64,000 nucleotides of DNA. Origin: an uncultured bacterium. Its GTDB lineage: Bacteria; Acidobacteriota; HRBIN11; JAKEFK01. Both the position numbers and the translations under genes were made by a program. The stretch is from NCBI GenBank assembly GCA_963777505.1, contig CAVZQN010000010.1, positions 1-64,000 on the forward strand, in the 5' to 3' direction. This document shows positions 1 through 9,755 of this stretch, one piece after another. The notes beneath the pieces were generated by a model that saw only the letters and a program-made list of their open reading frames with translations, searched no databases and was not told the origin of the DNA. The stretch's first letter is position 1. Every line of letters starts with the position of its first letter.

Positions 1-1
1 A

Positions 2-165
2 TATGGAAAGCGAGACTGATCTGCTCGATTTCCAAACTCAGCGTGTAATGCCGCTTCGGCATTCATAGCAAGACCTCAGACACCTCTGAAATAAAATATT
101 GCACATGTCACGACCGAGATCACTAAGAGATTGGCAGAGTGGATGAGGGGGCGGTTTTATTTTTC
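2..165 (+). repeat. Left arm of a ~165-bp inverted repeat (pairs with 1850..2025)
   Basis: The reverse complement of tatggaaagcgagactgatctgctcg...cactaag matches 1897..2025 with few mismatches. Similarity continues across an indel through ttggcagagtggatgagggggcggtt. Confidence 0.95.
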
Positions 166-1849
166 AAACGATACCCTACTAATATCACCAGTGGCAAATG
201 GACATTCGACTACAATGCGAGGAGGCAGGGGATCTATGCACTGGAACCGTAGAGAGTACGGCAGCGGGGGAATGGCGGGTGCTATGGCTCATGGGATGGT
301 GGAGGGGATGGATGCCGGGACGACGGAAGCGAGGGGTGGGAGTGATCGAGGATGTGATTCCGACCGAGCACCTGGAGTGGGAGGCCGACTGGAACTTGAT
401 CCGGGTCACTCTCTCTGATGGTTGGGGAAACTGAAGCTGTATGTGGAGAAGGGGAGAAAGGACTGTGAATGAGTGTAGGGAAATTTGACAATGAGGAAGC
501 GGAGGGGGCAGGAAAGATCTGGCCTGGATGGTAGTGGTCATGAAAGGAATGATTGAAATCGTTGTTGAGACCAGACGTAGGACGGTCCATGTTGGCGGAG
601 GTCTGGACGTGCCAGGTGGGTGCTTGGCAGAGAACGCCGGTGTGACGGTCCTGGCCCTCAGAGCCGGTGGTGGTGCCGGGACGCTGATGGTTTGGCAAGA
701 GGGATTGAGCCCATTGGATTTGGATTTTCCCCATCGACCACGGTGCGGATGGTTGTTCCTGGTCGACCAAAGCACGAGCAAGCAACGACAGGGAAGACAA
801 AAAAACACCTACGCGTTCATTGCGACGCCTCTCACACTCGGTCTCCAGCAAATGTCTTTCCTGGACGCGTAGATCAGGAGGAGAGAATACAAAAAAACAG
901 GGCAGCAGACCTTGTGAGATGTTCTGACCTGTCAAAGGCCATGCGATGGACCTGGAACGTCTTTGCAGGACCCAGACGATAGCGCTCGATGTCGAGTGAT
1001 ACTTAGTCAGCAGTTGGCTATAACCTTTTACTCAACTTCTTTCGACAGGAACTTGCGACCGGTGCCCATTGACAGAGTAGGTATCCAGCTCGGCGACTAT
1101 GGGGAGAACGGAGTAGACTCTCAGTCAGACCCGAGGGACCGCAAAAAAGACCGCGACCGTCAGTGGTTGCGACCTGTCTTTCCGTCGCAGGCTCACCTCA
1201 ACCTCTGCCCCGCTTTGTCGCGTCTGCAAGTCGTCGCTGATTCCCACACGGAAAGCTATCGCGATGACTCGATAGCTGTTGACGACGACTCTGGCGACGA
1301 GGCAGCGCAGCCAAACGGATCCCACCGGAGCTCCCCTCGATCCCCAGCTCCCCGTGTCCGAACACACACACACCGTCACCGCCCCCGCCGACGCGACAAC
1401 GACCACCCACGTCGCCGTCGACCCCTCCCGGCACCCCGTCCTGTCCAGGAAGAACGCGCCCGGGGGGAGGACGTTCAGCATCACGCACACCAGCCACGCC
1501 CCGTTCAGCCCGCACCTCCCCCGTCCACGAGCTCGAACTCGCTCCCGGACACCCCCCCCCCGCATCACTGGCACCCGCGCGTCCCCCAGCGCCGTCTGTC
1601 TCACGAGGAACAGGGTTTTGCATACATTCCCGTCCTCCTGGTGCACGACCAGCTCGACTTGCACCGTCCAGCCGTTCCTCCTCTCGACGATCCCCAGGTT
1701 CCGCGGCGGCGGCAAGCTATGTCCTGGCATCTGCTCCACCACCGCCCGTAGCTCCTCCCGTGTTCGTACCTGCTGTTGTCTGTGTTGTCCTGCTGTTGTC
1801 CTGTCGTTAGTCTTTGCCTGCTGCCTCGTATCAGCATTGTACTAGTAGA

Positions 1850-2025
1850 GAAATAGAACCGCCCCCACTCATCCACTTTGCCAATGTCCACGCAGACTTA
1901 GTGATCTCAGTCGTGACATCTGCAATATTTTATTTCAGATCGGTGTCTGAGGTCTTGCTATGAATGCCGAAGCGGCATTAGCACGCTGAGTTTGGAAATC
2001 GAGCAGATCAGTCTTGCTTTCCATA
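1850..2025 (-). repeat. Right arm of the inverted repeat
   Basis: cttagtgatctcagtcgtgacatctgcaatattttatttcag...gagcagatcagtcttgctttccata is the reverse complement of the window start. Confidence 0.95.
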
Positions 2026-2105
2026 GTTAAGGGATCCAGGGTCTGGTTTCATGGCTTCGTGTACCCCCGCCGGAGTTCTAATAAACCAAACTCTAACATC
2101 CTGAT

Positions 2106-2632
2106 ATGGCCAGAGGAAGTGGTCAGCGCAAACGGCGATATGCCCATACCCCGTCCTCACCCTCGCCACCCCTCAAACGACTCTGCATGACTCGGTCAAA
2201 AGCAAAGCAAAAGCAGACCCAACCTGATTCGGACAATTTCAGAATCTACTGGCGTGATTCGCTCGATCCCCACCGCACTGATAGGTTCATCGATTGGCTG
2301 GATCAAAATCCTACAAGCTGGCACGAGCTGTTTTCCGATTCAATTCAAGACGCCAATGCTGAAGGGCGCAGAACAGACAGCGGTAAAACAGCCAAGGCAG
2401 CTTATTACAGGCGAATCGCAGAACATGTCTTCTCCAACGACAAAAATCCAGCTTATGTGCTCCAGTATCGAATGTATCCCAGAGAAGTTCCAGAAATCAG
2501 TTGCCGATCACATTGGAAAGTGAGTTGTGTCTTTTTTCCCCTGTTTTCTTGGGTTGATGTCTCCGTATCGAATTCTGAAGAGAATATCGCTCTAAGTTGG
2601 AGCTGCTGCGTTCGACTGGTGCAGGCTTGACA
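2106..2632 (+). other. Fragment of an intron-containing fungal-type gene (Agaricomycete-like, possibly Myb/SANT-like DNA-binding hypothetical protein)
   Basis: Basic NLS-like N-terminus, then W..RTDRFIDWL..LFSDS..AEGR..YY..IA..VFS.D..PEKFQKSVADHIG (one indel). A gtgagt splice donor at 2520 is followed by a pyrimidine-rich tract, then EYRSKLELLRSTGAGL from 2582. Family recalled by eye. Confidence 0.65.
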
Positions 2633-2634
2633 CA

Positions 2635-2883
2635 TTAGCCGCCCATTTCTCATCAAAGTTTTTGGAGAAACGTGCGTTGAATTGGGATGCAGAAGTCTGG
2701 CTGCATCAAAACTACAAACCGCAGAAACTCCTGGAACGTGTCCGCCTTTTTCGTACGCGAGGCATTACAGGAATTCTGGGACTCATCACACTCATCAATC
2801 TACTGGTCCTTTGGAAAGGCTGGAATCTCCTTCCATGGACTGCAATTCTGTCAGTTTTAGGAATTGCAGTCGCCTTGATTTAA
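2635..2883 (+). CDS. 5'-truncated bacterial membrane protein (C-terminal part only)
   Basis: Open frame from the junction, two hydrophobic segments at the C-terminus, no RBS or credible start. Confidence 0.5.
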   Translation, partial: LAAHFSSKFLEKRALNWDAEVWLHQNYKPQKLLERVRLFRTRGITGILGLITLINLLVLWKGWNLLPWTAILSVLGIAVALI

Positions 2884-2900
2884 TCGGAAACACACAGAGA

Positions 2901-4070
2901 TTAAATCGCCTTTTTCAGGTAGACATCACCGCCAACAGTTCGGATCTTAATTCTGTGCTGGCCATTTCCAGTTTGACCTGTGCCTCGCAGGATTTTATCA
3001 TCCCCCCAGTTATCATCTTTGTCTTCCCTCCAGCTACCGCCTTTGTTTTCTTCTTCAGTAACATTAATTGGAAAATCGCTAACAATCTTTGGTTTTCGAG
3101 CCGATCCTTCATCAAAGACCGTTTCAATATCAATATTCATTGACATACCTGCGGGTACAATCAGTTCAATCTTGCCACCCATGGATGTTAAATTGACATC
3201 ACCTTTGCCTTTTTCTGCATCACCCGAGATTCGAACTTTCACATCTCCACCCATCGTGGTTGCATCGACTTTGCCATCAACTGAATCCAGATCAATGTCT
3301 CCACCCATTGTTTTGGCTTCTACAAATTTTGCAGCTGTAACCAGGTGAATGTCGCCGCCCATTGTTTCAAGCGACGCACCTTCAGGAGCTTCTTTTACAT
3401 TCAGATCTCCACCCATGCTATGAATTTTCACTTCGCCGCGAACTTTGCCTGCCGTCGAATTTTCATAGCGCACATCACCACCCATCGTTGAACCTTTCAT
3501 AGAGCCAGATACATTTCGGATGGTAACATCTCCGCCCATCGTCTTTACGGCTCCATCAAGATCCGAATCTTCAACAGTGACTTCGCCACCCATAGTTGTT
3601 AGCTCAATCTTCCCTTTTAGCGAATCGAGGGTTAGTTCCCCTCCCATGGTTTGGCCAGAAATATTTCCTTCCAGATTGTTGATCGAAACATCACCACCCA
3701 TCGTCTTCAATTCCACATCAAAAACGGAAGGTGTTTGAATCTCAACATCGGCAGAAGCGTTATTGTGTCTTCGGTTCCCTTCAAATTTGGATATAACTTC
3801 AACGCCGCTACTTGTTTCGCGTACATCGATGGTCAAATCATCACGGTCTGAACCCCGAAGCCGGGCTTTTACTGTGACTTCATTCCCTGATTTGCCTGAA
3901 ATATGAATTGAGCCACCTGTTTCTAAATCAATAATTAGTTTCTTTCCAGGTGATGTTTGAACCGTACGCTCGAAATCGTAGTGACTGTCTTTTTCCGCCG
4001 CGGATATAGAAAAAATAAATAGAAATACCGCAGGAATAAGTGTAAATGCGATCATTCCCTTGTTTTTCAT
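2901..4070 (-). CDS. Secreted DUF4097-family beta-strand repeat protein
   Basis: Signal peptide, ten (T/S)MGG repeats, GGAGGAG RBS. Confidence 0.88.
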   Translation of the reverse strand: MKNKGMIAFTLIPAVFLFIFSISAAEKDSHYDFERTVQTSPGKKLIIDLETGGSIHISGKSGNEVTVKARLRGSDRDDLTIDVRETSSGVEVISKFEGNRRHNNASADVEIQTPSVFDVELKTMGGDVSINNLEGNISGQTMGGELTLDSLKGKIELTTMGGEVTVEDSDLDGAVKTMGGDVTIRNVSGSMKGSTMGGDVRYENSTAGKVRGEVKIHSMGGDLNVKEAPEGASLETMGGDIHLVTAAKFVEAKTMGGDIDLDSVDGKVDATTMGGDVKVRISGDAEKGKGDVNLTSMGGKIELIVPAGMSMNIDIETVFDEGSARKPKIVSDFPINVTEEENKGGSWREDKDDNWGDDKILRGTGQTGNGQHRIKIRTVGGDVYLKKAI

Positions 4071-4139
4071 AAGCTCCTCCGTTTAGTACTGTAGCTATGG
4101 TCAATTAGACGAGCATTCTGGCATAAAGGTTGGGGGCCG

Positions 4140-4270
4140 GTTTGTAGTAAGGCACGCAGTTCGGATGTACTCATTGCATCCGAACAGTGCCGTCAAGTTC
4201 TATTTCCAAAACGGCACTGTCTCGCATTGTGCCTTACTACAAACGGCGACCTGCGTGCCTTACTACAAAC
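4140..4270. repeat. GTAG-type REP-like palindromic element with nested hairpins
   Basis: gtttgtagtaaggcacgcag (4140-4159) is the exact reverse complement of 4251-4270. A second right arm lies at 4229-4244. Internal stems ttcggatg/catccgaa and cagtgccg/cggcactg. Confidence 0.85.
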
Positions 4271-4287
4271 ATGTAAAATTAACCTGC

Positions 4288-5392
4288 ATGTTATCAGGTA
4301 TTTACGTTCATCTTCCTTTCTGCAAAATTCATTGTAGTTATTGTGATTTCCCGCTAACGACGCGTATGGAATTGTCGCGGCCTTACTATGACGCTTTGCG
4401 AAAGGAACTTCAGATGCGCCCCCCCGAATTGTCCGATACGCTTTATTTCGGTGGCGGGACACCGTCAGCAACCCCAATAGCCACGATTCAAGATCTGATC
4501 CGGGAAATGCCGCTGACAAAGGGGGCTGAGATAACTTTAGAAGCAAATCCTGATGATGTTACAGACCAATCACTAGCGGCATGGCTCAAGGGTGGCATTA
4601 ACCGATTGAGCCTGGGTGTTCAGAGTTTAGAACCGCAGGTTCTGCGATCGATGCTTCGCAGTCATTCAGCTCATGATGCGATCGCTGCAATCGACAAAAT
4701 AAAAACCATCGGCTTTTCAAATCTAAATGTCGATTTAATGCTTGGATCACCAGAACAAACGGTCGAAGGATTTTTAATTGGATTGTCGCAAATCCTCGAC
4801 TTTCGTCCTCAACATGTTTCTCTTTACATGCTTGAAGTTCATGACGGAACACTCCTTGACCGTATGGTTCTGACAGGGGAAAGTGGAGATCATGAACGAA
4901 AACCTGCAAGTGGATAGTTATCTTCAAGCCGTCACATTGTTGAAAGATCGAGGCTACAAACACTATGAAGTATCAAATTTTGCACTTGCAGGATTTGAAT
5001 CCCGCCATAACTTGAAATATTGGACCAGTGCACCCTATTACGCCTACGGAGCAGGAGCCTGTTCGTATTACAACAGGAAACGTATTCAGAACTTTCGCGA
5101 AATTCCTGAGTACATTGAGGCTCTTGCGGCAGGTAGACTTCCTGTGGATTCCGAAGCGATTGAGGATGTGGAAACTGAAGCACGAAACGCAGTCATTTTT
5201 GGACTGCGAAAGATTGAAGGTATTGACGTTACCGTGTTTCAGCTCCGGTATGGAATTCATCCTCTTTCCCTTTTTGACGACAAGGGAAGCCTCTTCCTGC
5301 AAGAAGGCTTTTTAGAGGAGAAAGAAGGTCATCTCAGGATTACGTCAAGTGGCCTTCTTATCTCGAACGAGATATTGGCCTCAGCCTTTTAG
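4288..5392 (+). CDS. hemW: Radical SAM heme chaperone HemW (frameshift near 4875-4885)
   Basis: YVHLPFCKIHCSYCDF, YFGGGTPS, EITLEANP in the first frame; HYEVSNFA, SRHNLKYW in the second. Confidence 0.9.
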
Positions 5393-5400
5393 GGCGCAAT

Positions 5401-5429
5401 TTGCCTGGATATGACGTTTGTAGTATTAT
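5401..5429 (+). promoter_or_regulatory. sigma70-type promoter for ku
   Basis: TTGCCT-17 nt-TATTAT. Confidence 0.55.
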
Positions 5430-5480
5430 GGCTCGCGTTCCAATAAACGCGAAGCCCGCGAAAACAAACAGGGGGTGTTT

Positions 5481-6317
5481 GTGGCTACAGCTGTTTGGAC
5501 CGGAACCGTAACTTTTGGACTTGTTTCAATTCCAGTGAAACTCTTCACTGCAACAACTTCACATAATATTTCCTTCAATCTTCTACACGAAGAATGCAAA
5601 AGCCGGATTAACCTTCAAAATTACTGCCCGGTTGATGAACGTGTTGTAGAACGATCTGAACTTGTCAAAGGATATGAATACGAAAAAGGCAAGTACATAA
5701 TCATCGATGAGGAAGAACTTGAATCAGTCAAACCTACATCGAGCCAGGTAATGGACATTGTTCAGTTCATCGATCTAAAAGACATCGACCCAATTTATTA
5801 CGATAAGTCATATTACCTCGGCCCCAATAAAGGAAGCGAAAAGACGTTTGCATTACTAACTCGCGCAATGAAGACGACAAATAAAGCAGCGATCGGAAAA
5901 ATTTCGATGCGGAGTCATGAATATCTGGCTTTGATCCGGCCAGGCATGGACGGACTTGTTGTCCAGTTTATGCTGTACGCGGATGAAGTCCGCGAAAATG
6001 AGTTCAAAGTTCCAAAAGATGTCGAGTTGAAGCCCAAAGAAGTTCAGCTTGCTACACAGCTTGTGGAAAATCTATCGGAACCTTTGAAGTTAGAAAAATT
6101 TGAAGATGAGTATATCAGTCGTGTAGAACAGTTAATTGAAGCGAAATTGAAAGGCCGCAAGCTTACGATAGTTACTCCAAAAGCAAAACCGAAAGTGGCA
6201 GATCTCATGGAAGCTTTGCAAAAGAGCGTTCAAGCAACGAAGAAAGAAAGAGAAGCAAAACGCCCCGTTGCACGTGCTGAAGCACAGACAGGAACCCGTT
6301 TAAAGAAAGCACGTTAG
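5481..6317 (+). CDS. ku: Non-homologous end joining protein Ku
   Basis: WTGTVTFGLVSIPVKL, ELVKGYE, DPIYYDKSYYL, DLMEALQKS and a basic tail. Confidence 0.95.
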   Translation: MATAVWTGTVTFGLVSIPVKLFTATTSHNISFNLLHEECKSRINLQNYCPVDERVVERSELVKGYEYEKGKYIIIDEEELESVKPTSSQVMDIVQFIDLKDIDPIYYDKSYYLGPNKGSEKTFALLTRAMKTTNKAAIGKISMRSHEYLALIRPGMDGLVVQFMLYADEVRENEFKVPKDVELKPKEVQLATQLVENLSEPLKLEKFEDEYISRVEQLIEAKLKGRKLTIVTPKAKPKVADLMEALQKSVQATKKEREAKRPVARAEAQTGTRLKKAR

Positions 6318-6490
6318 ACACGTGGCGCGCCGCGCAAAAGATTCTTGCAACCTTGAGGACATTGATCCAATCTAATTATTCAGTACCACTCGTATACCTA
6401 CAAGGATCGGGTTGAAATGGTTTGAGACGTGCTTTATTATCAGAATACCCTTAACCTACTTATAACAATAACAACCTAATGGAGGTTTCT

Positions 6491-6853
6491 ATGACGAAGA
6501 GAATTGCCGTATGGTTCGCTATTTTTGCTGTTATATCGGCAGCGGGAGCGCTTTATGCAACGAGCCATGCTGGTAAGTGGACGGGCGAAGTCATTGACGT
6601 GGCTTGCCATTCAACAAAAGCAGCCAAAGGCGCCGGTCACATGGATTGCGGATCAAAATGTGTCAAATCTGGCTTGCCGGTGGGTCTGCTTGTCGGTGAT
6701 ACGACTTACCTTTTGGTTAGTTCGGATCACAAACCACTCAACGCCACACTTGCAGAACATGTAGGTCACACGGTTGAAGTCACCGGTGAAAAATATGAAT
6801 CAGCTGGTGCAAATGTCATTACCGTTAAAGATTGGAAAATGGCAGGCAAGTAA
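6491..6853 (+). CDS. Small secreted Cys/His-containing hypothetical protein (OB-fold-like)
   Basis: GGAGG RBS, signal peptide, GEVIDVAC..H..C..KC..G.P motif. Confidence 0.8.
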   Translation: MTKRIAVWFAIFAVISAAGALYATSHAGKWTGEVIDVACHSTKAAKGAGHMDCGSKCVKSGLPVGLLVGDTTYLLVSSDHKPLNATLAEHVGHTVEVTGEKYESAGANVITVKDWKMAGK

Positions 6854-6876
6854 AACGTTTCCCTGCTCTAATTTTG

Positions 6877-6905
6877 GAAGCCGTCTCCGGCCGGGGACGG
6901 CTTTC
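6877..6905 (+). terminator. Probable intrinsic terminator
   Basis: gaagccgtctcc-ggcc-ggggacggctttc hairpin after the stop; the U tract is weak. Confidence 0.55.
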
Positions 6906-6962
6906 GTGCTTCTGCTTGAATTTTTTTCAGAATAATATGATCATTTGTGACTTGGAGATTCA

Positions 6963-7889
6963 ATGGAAAACGTCATTATTCTAGGTTCAGGCTGTGCAGG
7001 TTATACAGCAGGAGTTTACGCATCTCGAGCAAATCTAAATCCGTTGTTGCTTACCGGAACTGAGCTTCATGGTCAACTGGGACTGACAACAGAGGTTGAA
7101 AACTATCCCGGCTTTCCGCAAGGCATACTCGGCCCGAAACTGATGCAGCAAATGAAAGAACAAGCGGAACGGTTTGGAACGCGGATTGTTCATGAACTTG
7201 CTACAGAAGTTCACTTAACCGGCAAACCGATCCGTATAAAAACTTCGGAAAAAGTTTATGAAACCAAGACCCTTATCATCTGCACTGGTGCTTCGCCAAA
7301 AAAACTAGGCATACCGGGAGAGCAGGAATATTGGGGATACGGCGTTTCTTCGTGTGCGACCTGTGATGGCGCATTTTTCAAGAAACAAGAATTAATTGTA
7401 GTTGGAGGAGGCGACACCGCAATGGAAGAAGCGCTTTTTCTAACTCGATACGCCGACCGTGTGTATGTAGTTCACAGGCGTGATACGTTGCGCGCAACCA
7501 AAATTATGCAAGAACGCGCATTGAAAAACGAAAAAATTGAATTTATCTGGAATACAGTTGTTCAAGAAGTCCTTGGTGATGATAAGAAAAATGTAAATGG
7601 CGTACGTTTGCTGAATGTTGAAGAGAATAAAGAATGGGTGAAGCCAGTGGGTGGAATGTTTCTAGGAATTGGACATGACCCGAATACACAGTTATTCCGC
7701 GGCCAATTAGAACTCGACGAAAGTGGCTACATCATAACGGATCGAAGACAACAAACGAACATCAAAGGCGTATTTGCATCGGGCGATTGTCAGGATCATG
7801 TCTATCGACAAGCTGTTACTGCTGCAGGAACTGGATGTGCTGCAGCAATCGAAGCTGAACGATACCTCGCCGAGCTGGAAGATCTCTGA
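6963..7889 (+). CDS. trxB: Thioredoxin reductase
   Basis: IILGSG, VENYPGF, CATCDG, VVGGGDTAMEEA, YRQAVTAAG. Confidence 0.97.
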   Translation: MENVIILGSGCAGYTAGVYASRANLNPLLLTGTELHGQLGLTTEVENYPGFPQGILGPKLMQQMKEQAERFGTRIVHELATEVHLTGKPIRIKTSEKVYETKTLIICTGASPKKLGIPGEQEYWGYGVSSCATCDGAFFKKQELIVVGGGDTAMEEALFLTRYADRVYVVHRRDTLRATKIMQERALKNEKIEFIWNTVVQEVLGDDKKNVNGVRLLNVEENKEWVKPVGGMFLGIGHDPNTQLFRGQLELDESGYIITDRRQQTNIKGVFASGDCQDHVYRQAVTAAGTGCAAAIEAERYLAELEDL

Positions 7890-7904
7890 GTCTCTGCGGT
7901 TAAA

Positions 7905-9695
7905 TTAAGACTCTAGCAACGCAATCAATTCCTTTGTAATTGCAACGCTATCACCGATCACGCCTAAATCAGCACTCTTAAAGATTTCAGCGTTTGGATC
8001 TTGATTCACTGCAATGATGCGTCCCGCCTTCCGAATTCCAATCGAATGATTCGGCCTTCCTGAAATACCCAGCCCGATATAAACCTCAGGAGCAATAAAT
8101 CTTCCTGTTAATCCAACCTGAAACTGTCGCTGCAACCAACCTGCATCCACCACACGGCGTGTTGCTCCAACAGCGCCATGCAATAAATCAGCAAGCCGAA
8201 ATGCGTGTTGCACATTTTCCTGACCCAATCCCATTCCCACACAGATAACAGTCAAAGCATTATCCATTTTTATCGCATCGCTGCCTTCATCTTTTTTTGA
8301 CTCAAGAATTTTGAACCGGCGATTCACATAAGGCGGCAATGACCATTCGATAACCGGAATTTGATTTCCAGTTCGCGGCCGAAACGATGGCAATGCACCG
8401 GGACGAATTGTAGCTAACTTGGGTTCTGTGCGTGTAAAGATCGAAGCAAGGATGCTTCCACCCTCCGCCGGTTTGAGTTGTTCGAGTTTGCCTTCTGCAT
8501 CCAAACGAAGTCCAACACAATCCCCTGTTAATCCTAAGTTCAAACGTCCGGCAATTCTTGATGCGATTTCTCGCCCCAGTGGTGTGGATGGTAAAAAGAA
8601 TGCGTAAGGTTTCAGCATCTGGACCCTTTGACTCAAAAGTTCAACGATGTCATCCGGGTGAGGAGCAGTGTCAGTTGCATGGTAGATTCGATCCGCGCCA
8701 TAGGCCCCAAGCAAAAGTACATCCTGCGTTCTCACTGTATCGCCGATCATGATTGCGCTGACACTTCCGCCACGGTCAGCAAGCTGAGACGCATTTCCGA
8801 TCATCTCTAACGAAACTGTGCGGATCCGGCCTTGAATCTGTTCTATAAAACACCAGAATTGGCGATCCCCTTTTGAAATAAACGTTGGGACCATAGGCGC
8901 ATCCTGTTTTGAAGGCCTCTCCCGGAAAGTTTGCAAAATTCTTTTTGCAGCCGCTTTTGGATCTGATCCATCTACAACTTCATTTGCCCGAGGAATTCTC
9001 ACTTCATGAACTCCGGCAACCCACGTTGGTGAACCGGAAAGCCCAGCTTCTGATTTCGAAATTCCAAGATCTTGCAGATTTAGTTTTTCTATTTTTTCGT
9101 CAGAAACAGTTGTCGCATCAAAATCTTTTGATTTGATCGGTTTAATCAAACGCTCAGCAGTGGAAATTACTGATGGATATGGAAGTTCAAGCAAGGTTAT
9201 GCCTTCATCAGTTTCTGTATGCGCGATCAAAGATTCATCTTTGTATTCAAGTTTGCAGACAGCATAAGCCGCAGGTATCTGAAGTATTTCGGCAAGTTGA
9301 AATGGAACCTGACCTGTTTCCGAATCCGTGCTGTGCTGACCGGCGAAAATCAAATCAAATCCAATCTTGCGAGCTGCCGCAGCCAAAACTTTTGCTGTGA
9401 CCAGCGTATCGCTTCCGGCAAGATCATTGTCCTCAATATGGATCGCTTGGTCAGCGCCCATAAAAACCGCTTCAAGCAAAGCGGAACGAGCCTGGGACGG
9501 CCCCATCGTTGCAACAATAACTTCCCCACCAAATTCATTTCTGATTCTGATTGCTTCGCTGATCGCCCGGCGATCATATGGATTTATAATATTTTTGACG
9601 CCATCACGAATGAGAGTGTGATTGCCCGGATTAAAATGCATTTCCGTAACATCGGGCACCTGTTTTATAAATACAATAATTCGTAATCTACGCAT
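7905..9695 (-). CDS. Fused electron transfer flavoprotein beta-alpha
   Basis: N-terminal EtfB motifs KQVPD, GSDTLVTA, DSETGQV; C-terminal EtfA motifs GATRRVVDAGW, QVGLTG, GISG. Confidence 0.92.
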   Translation of the reverse strand: MRRLRIIVFIKQVPDVTEMHFNPGNHTLIRDGVKNIINPYDRRAISEAIRIRNEFGGEVIVATMGPSQARSALLEAVFMGADQAIHIEDNDLAGSDTLVTAKVLAAAARKIGFDLIFAGQHSTDSETGQVPFQLAEILQIPAAYAVCKLEYKDESLIAHTETDEGITLLELPYPSVISTAERLIKPIKSKDFDATTVSDEKIEKLNLQDLGISKSEAGLSGSPTWVAGVHEVRIPRANEVVDGSDPKAAAKRILQTFRERPSKQDAPMVPTFISKGDRQFWCFIEQIQGRIRTVSLEMIGNASQLADRGGSVSAIMIGDTVRTQDVLLLGAYGADRIYHATDTAPHPDDIVELLSQRVQMLKPYAFFLPSTPLGREIASRIAGRLNLGLTGDCVGLRLDAEGKLEQLKPAEGGSILASIFTRTEPKLATIRPGALPSFRPRTGNQIPVIEWSLPPYVNRRFKILESKKDEGSDAIKMDNALTVICVGMGLGQENVQHAFRLADLLHGAVGATRRVVDAGWLQRQFQVGLTGRFIAPEVYIGLGISGRPNHSIGIRKAGRIIAVNQDPNAEIFKSADLGVIGDSVAITKELIALLES

Positions 9696-9755
9696 CTTGC
9701 AAACTCAAAAATGAAAAATCAAAGATAAAAAATTGAGAAGCTTATTTTTGATTTT

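Larger units (their letters stand above)
1..2025. mobile_element. Putative non-autonomous TIR element (MITE/foldback-like), probably eukaryotic
   Basis: Long terminal inverted repeats surround a GC-rich interior with no recognisable protein. The left end is cut by the window start, so no TSD can be tested. Confidence 0.45.

Noticed and set aside
131-1891. Many overlapping ORFs of 78-262 aa inside the inverted-repeat element
   Set aside because: Low-complexity Pro/Arg/Gly translations in all frames of GC-rich DNA, with no transposase or other motif.
2901-4070. Regularly spaced ccacccat/cgcccat repeats resembling a CRISPR or DGR array
   Set aside because: They encode the MGG repeats of the DUF4097 protein and vary at synonymous positions.
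4165-4287. Long N-terminal extension of HemW in the ORF track
   Set aside because: It is read-through of the palindromic repeat; the family-like sequence starts at ATG 4288.
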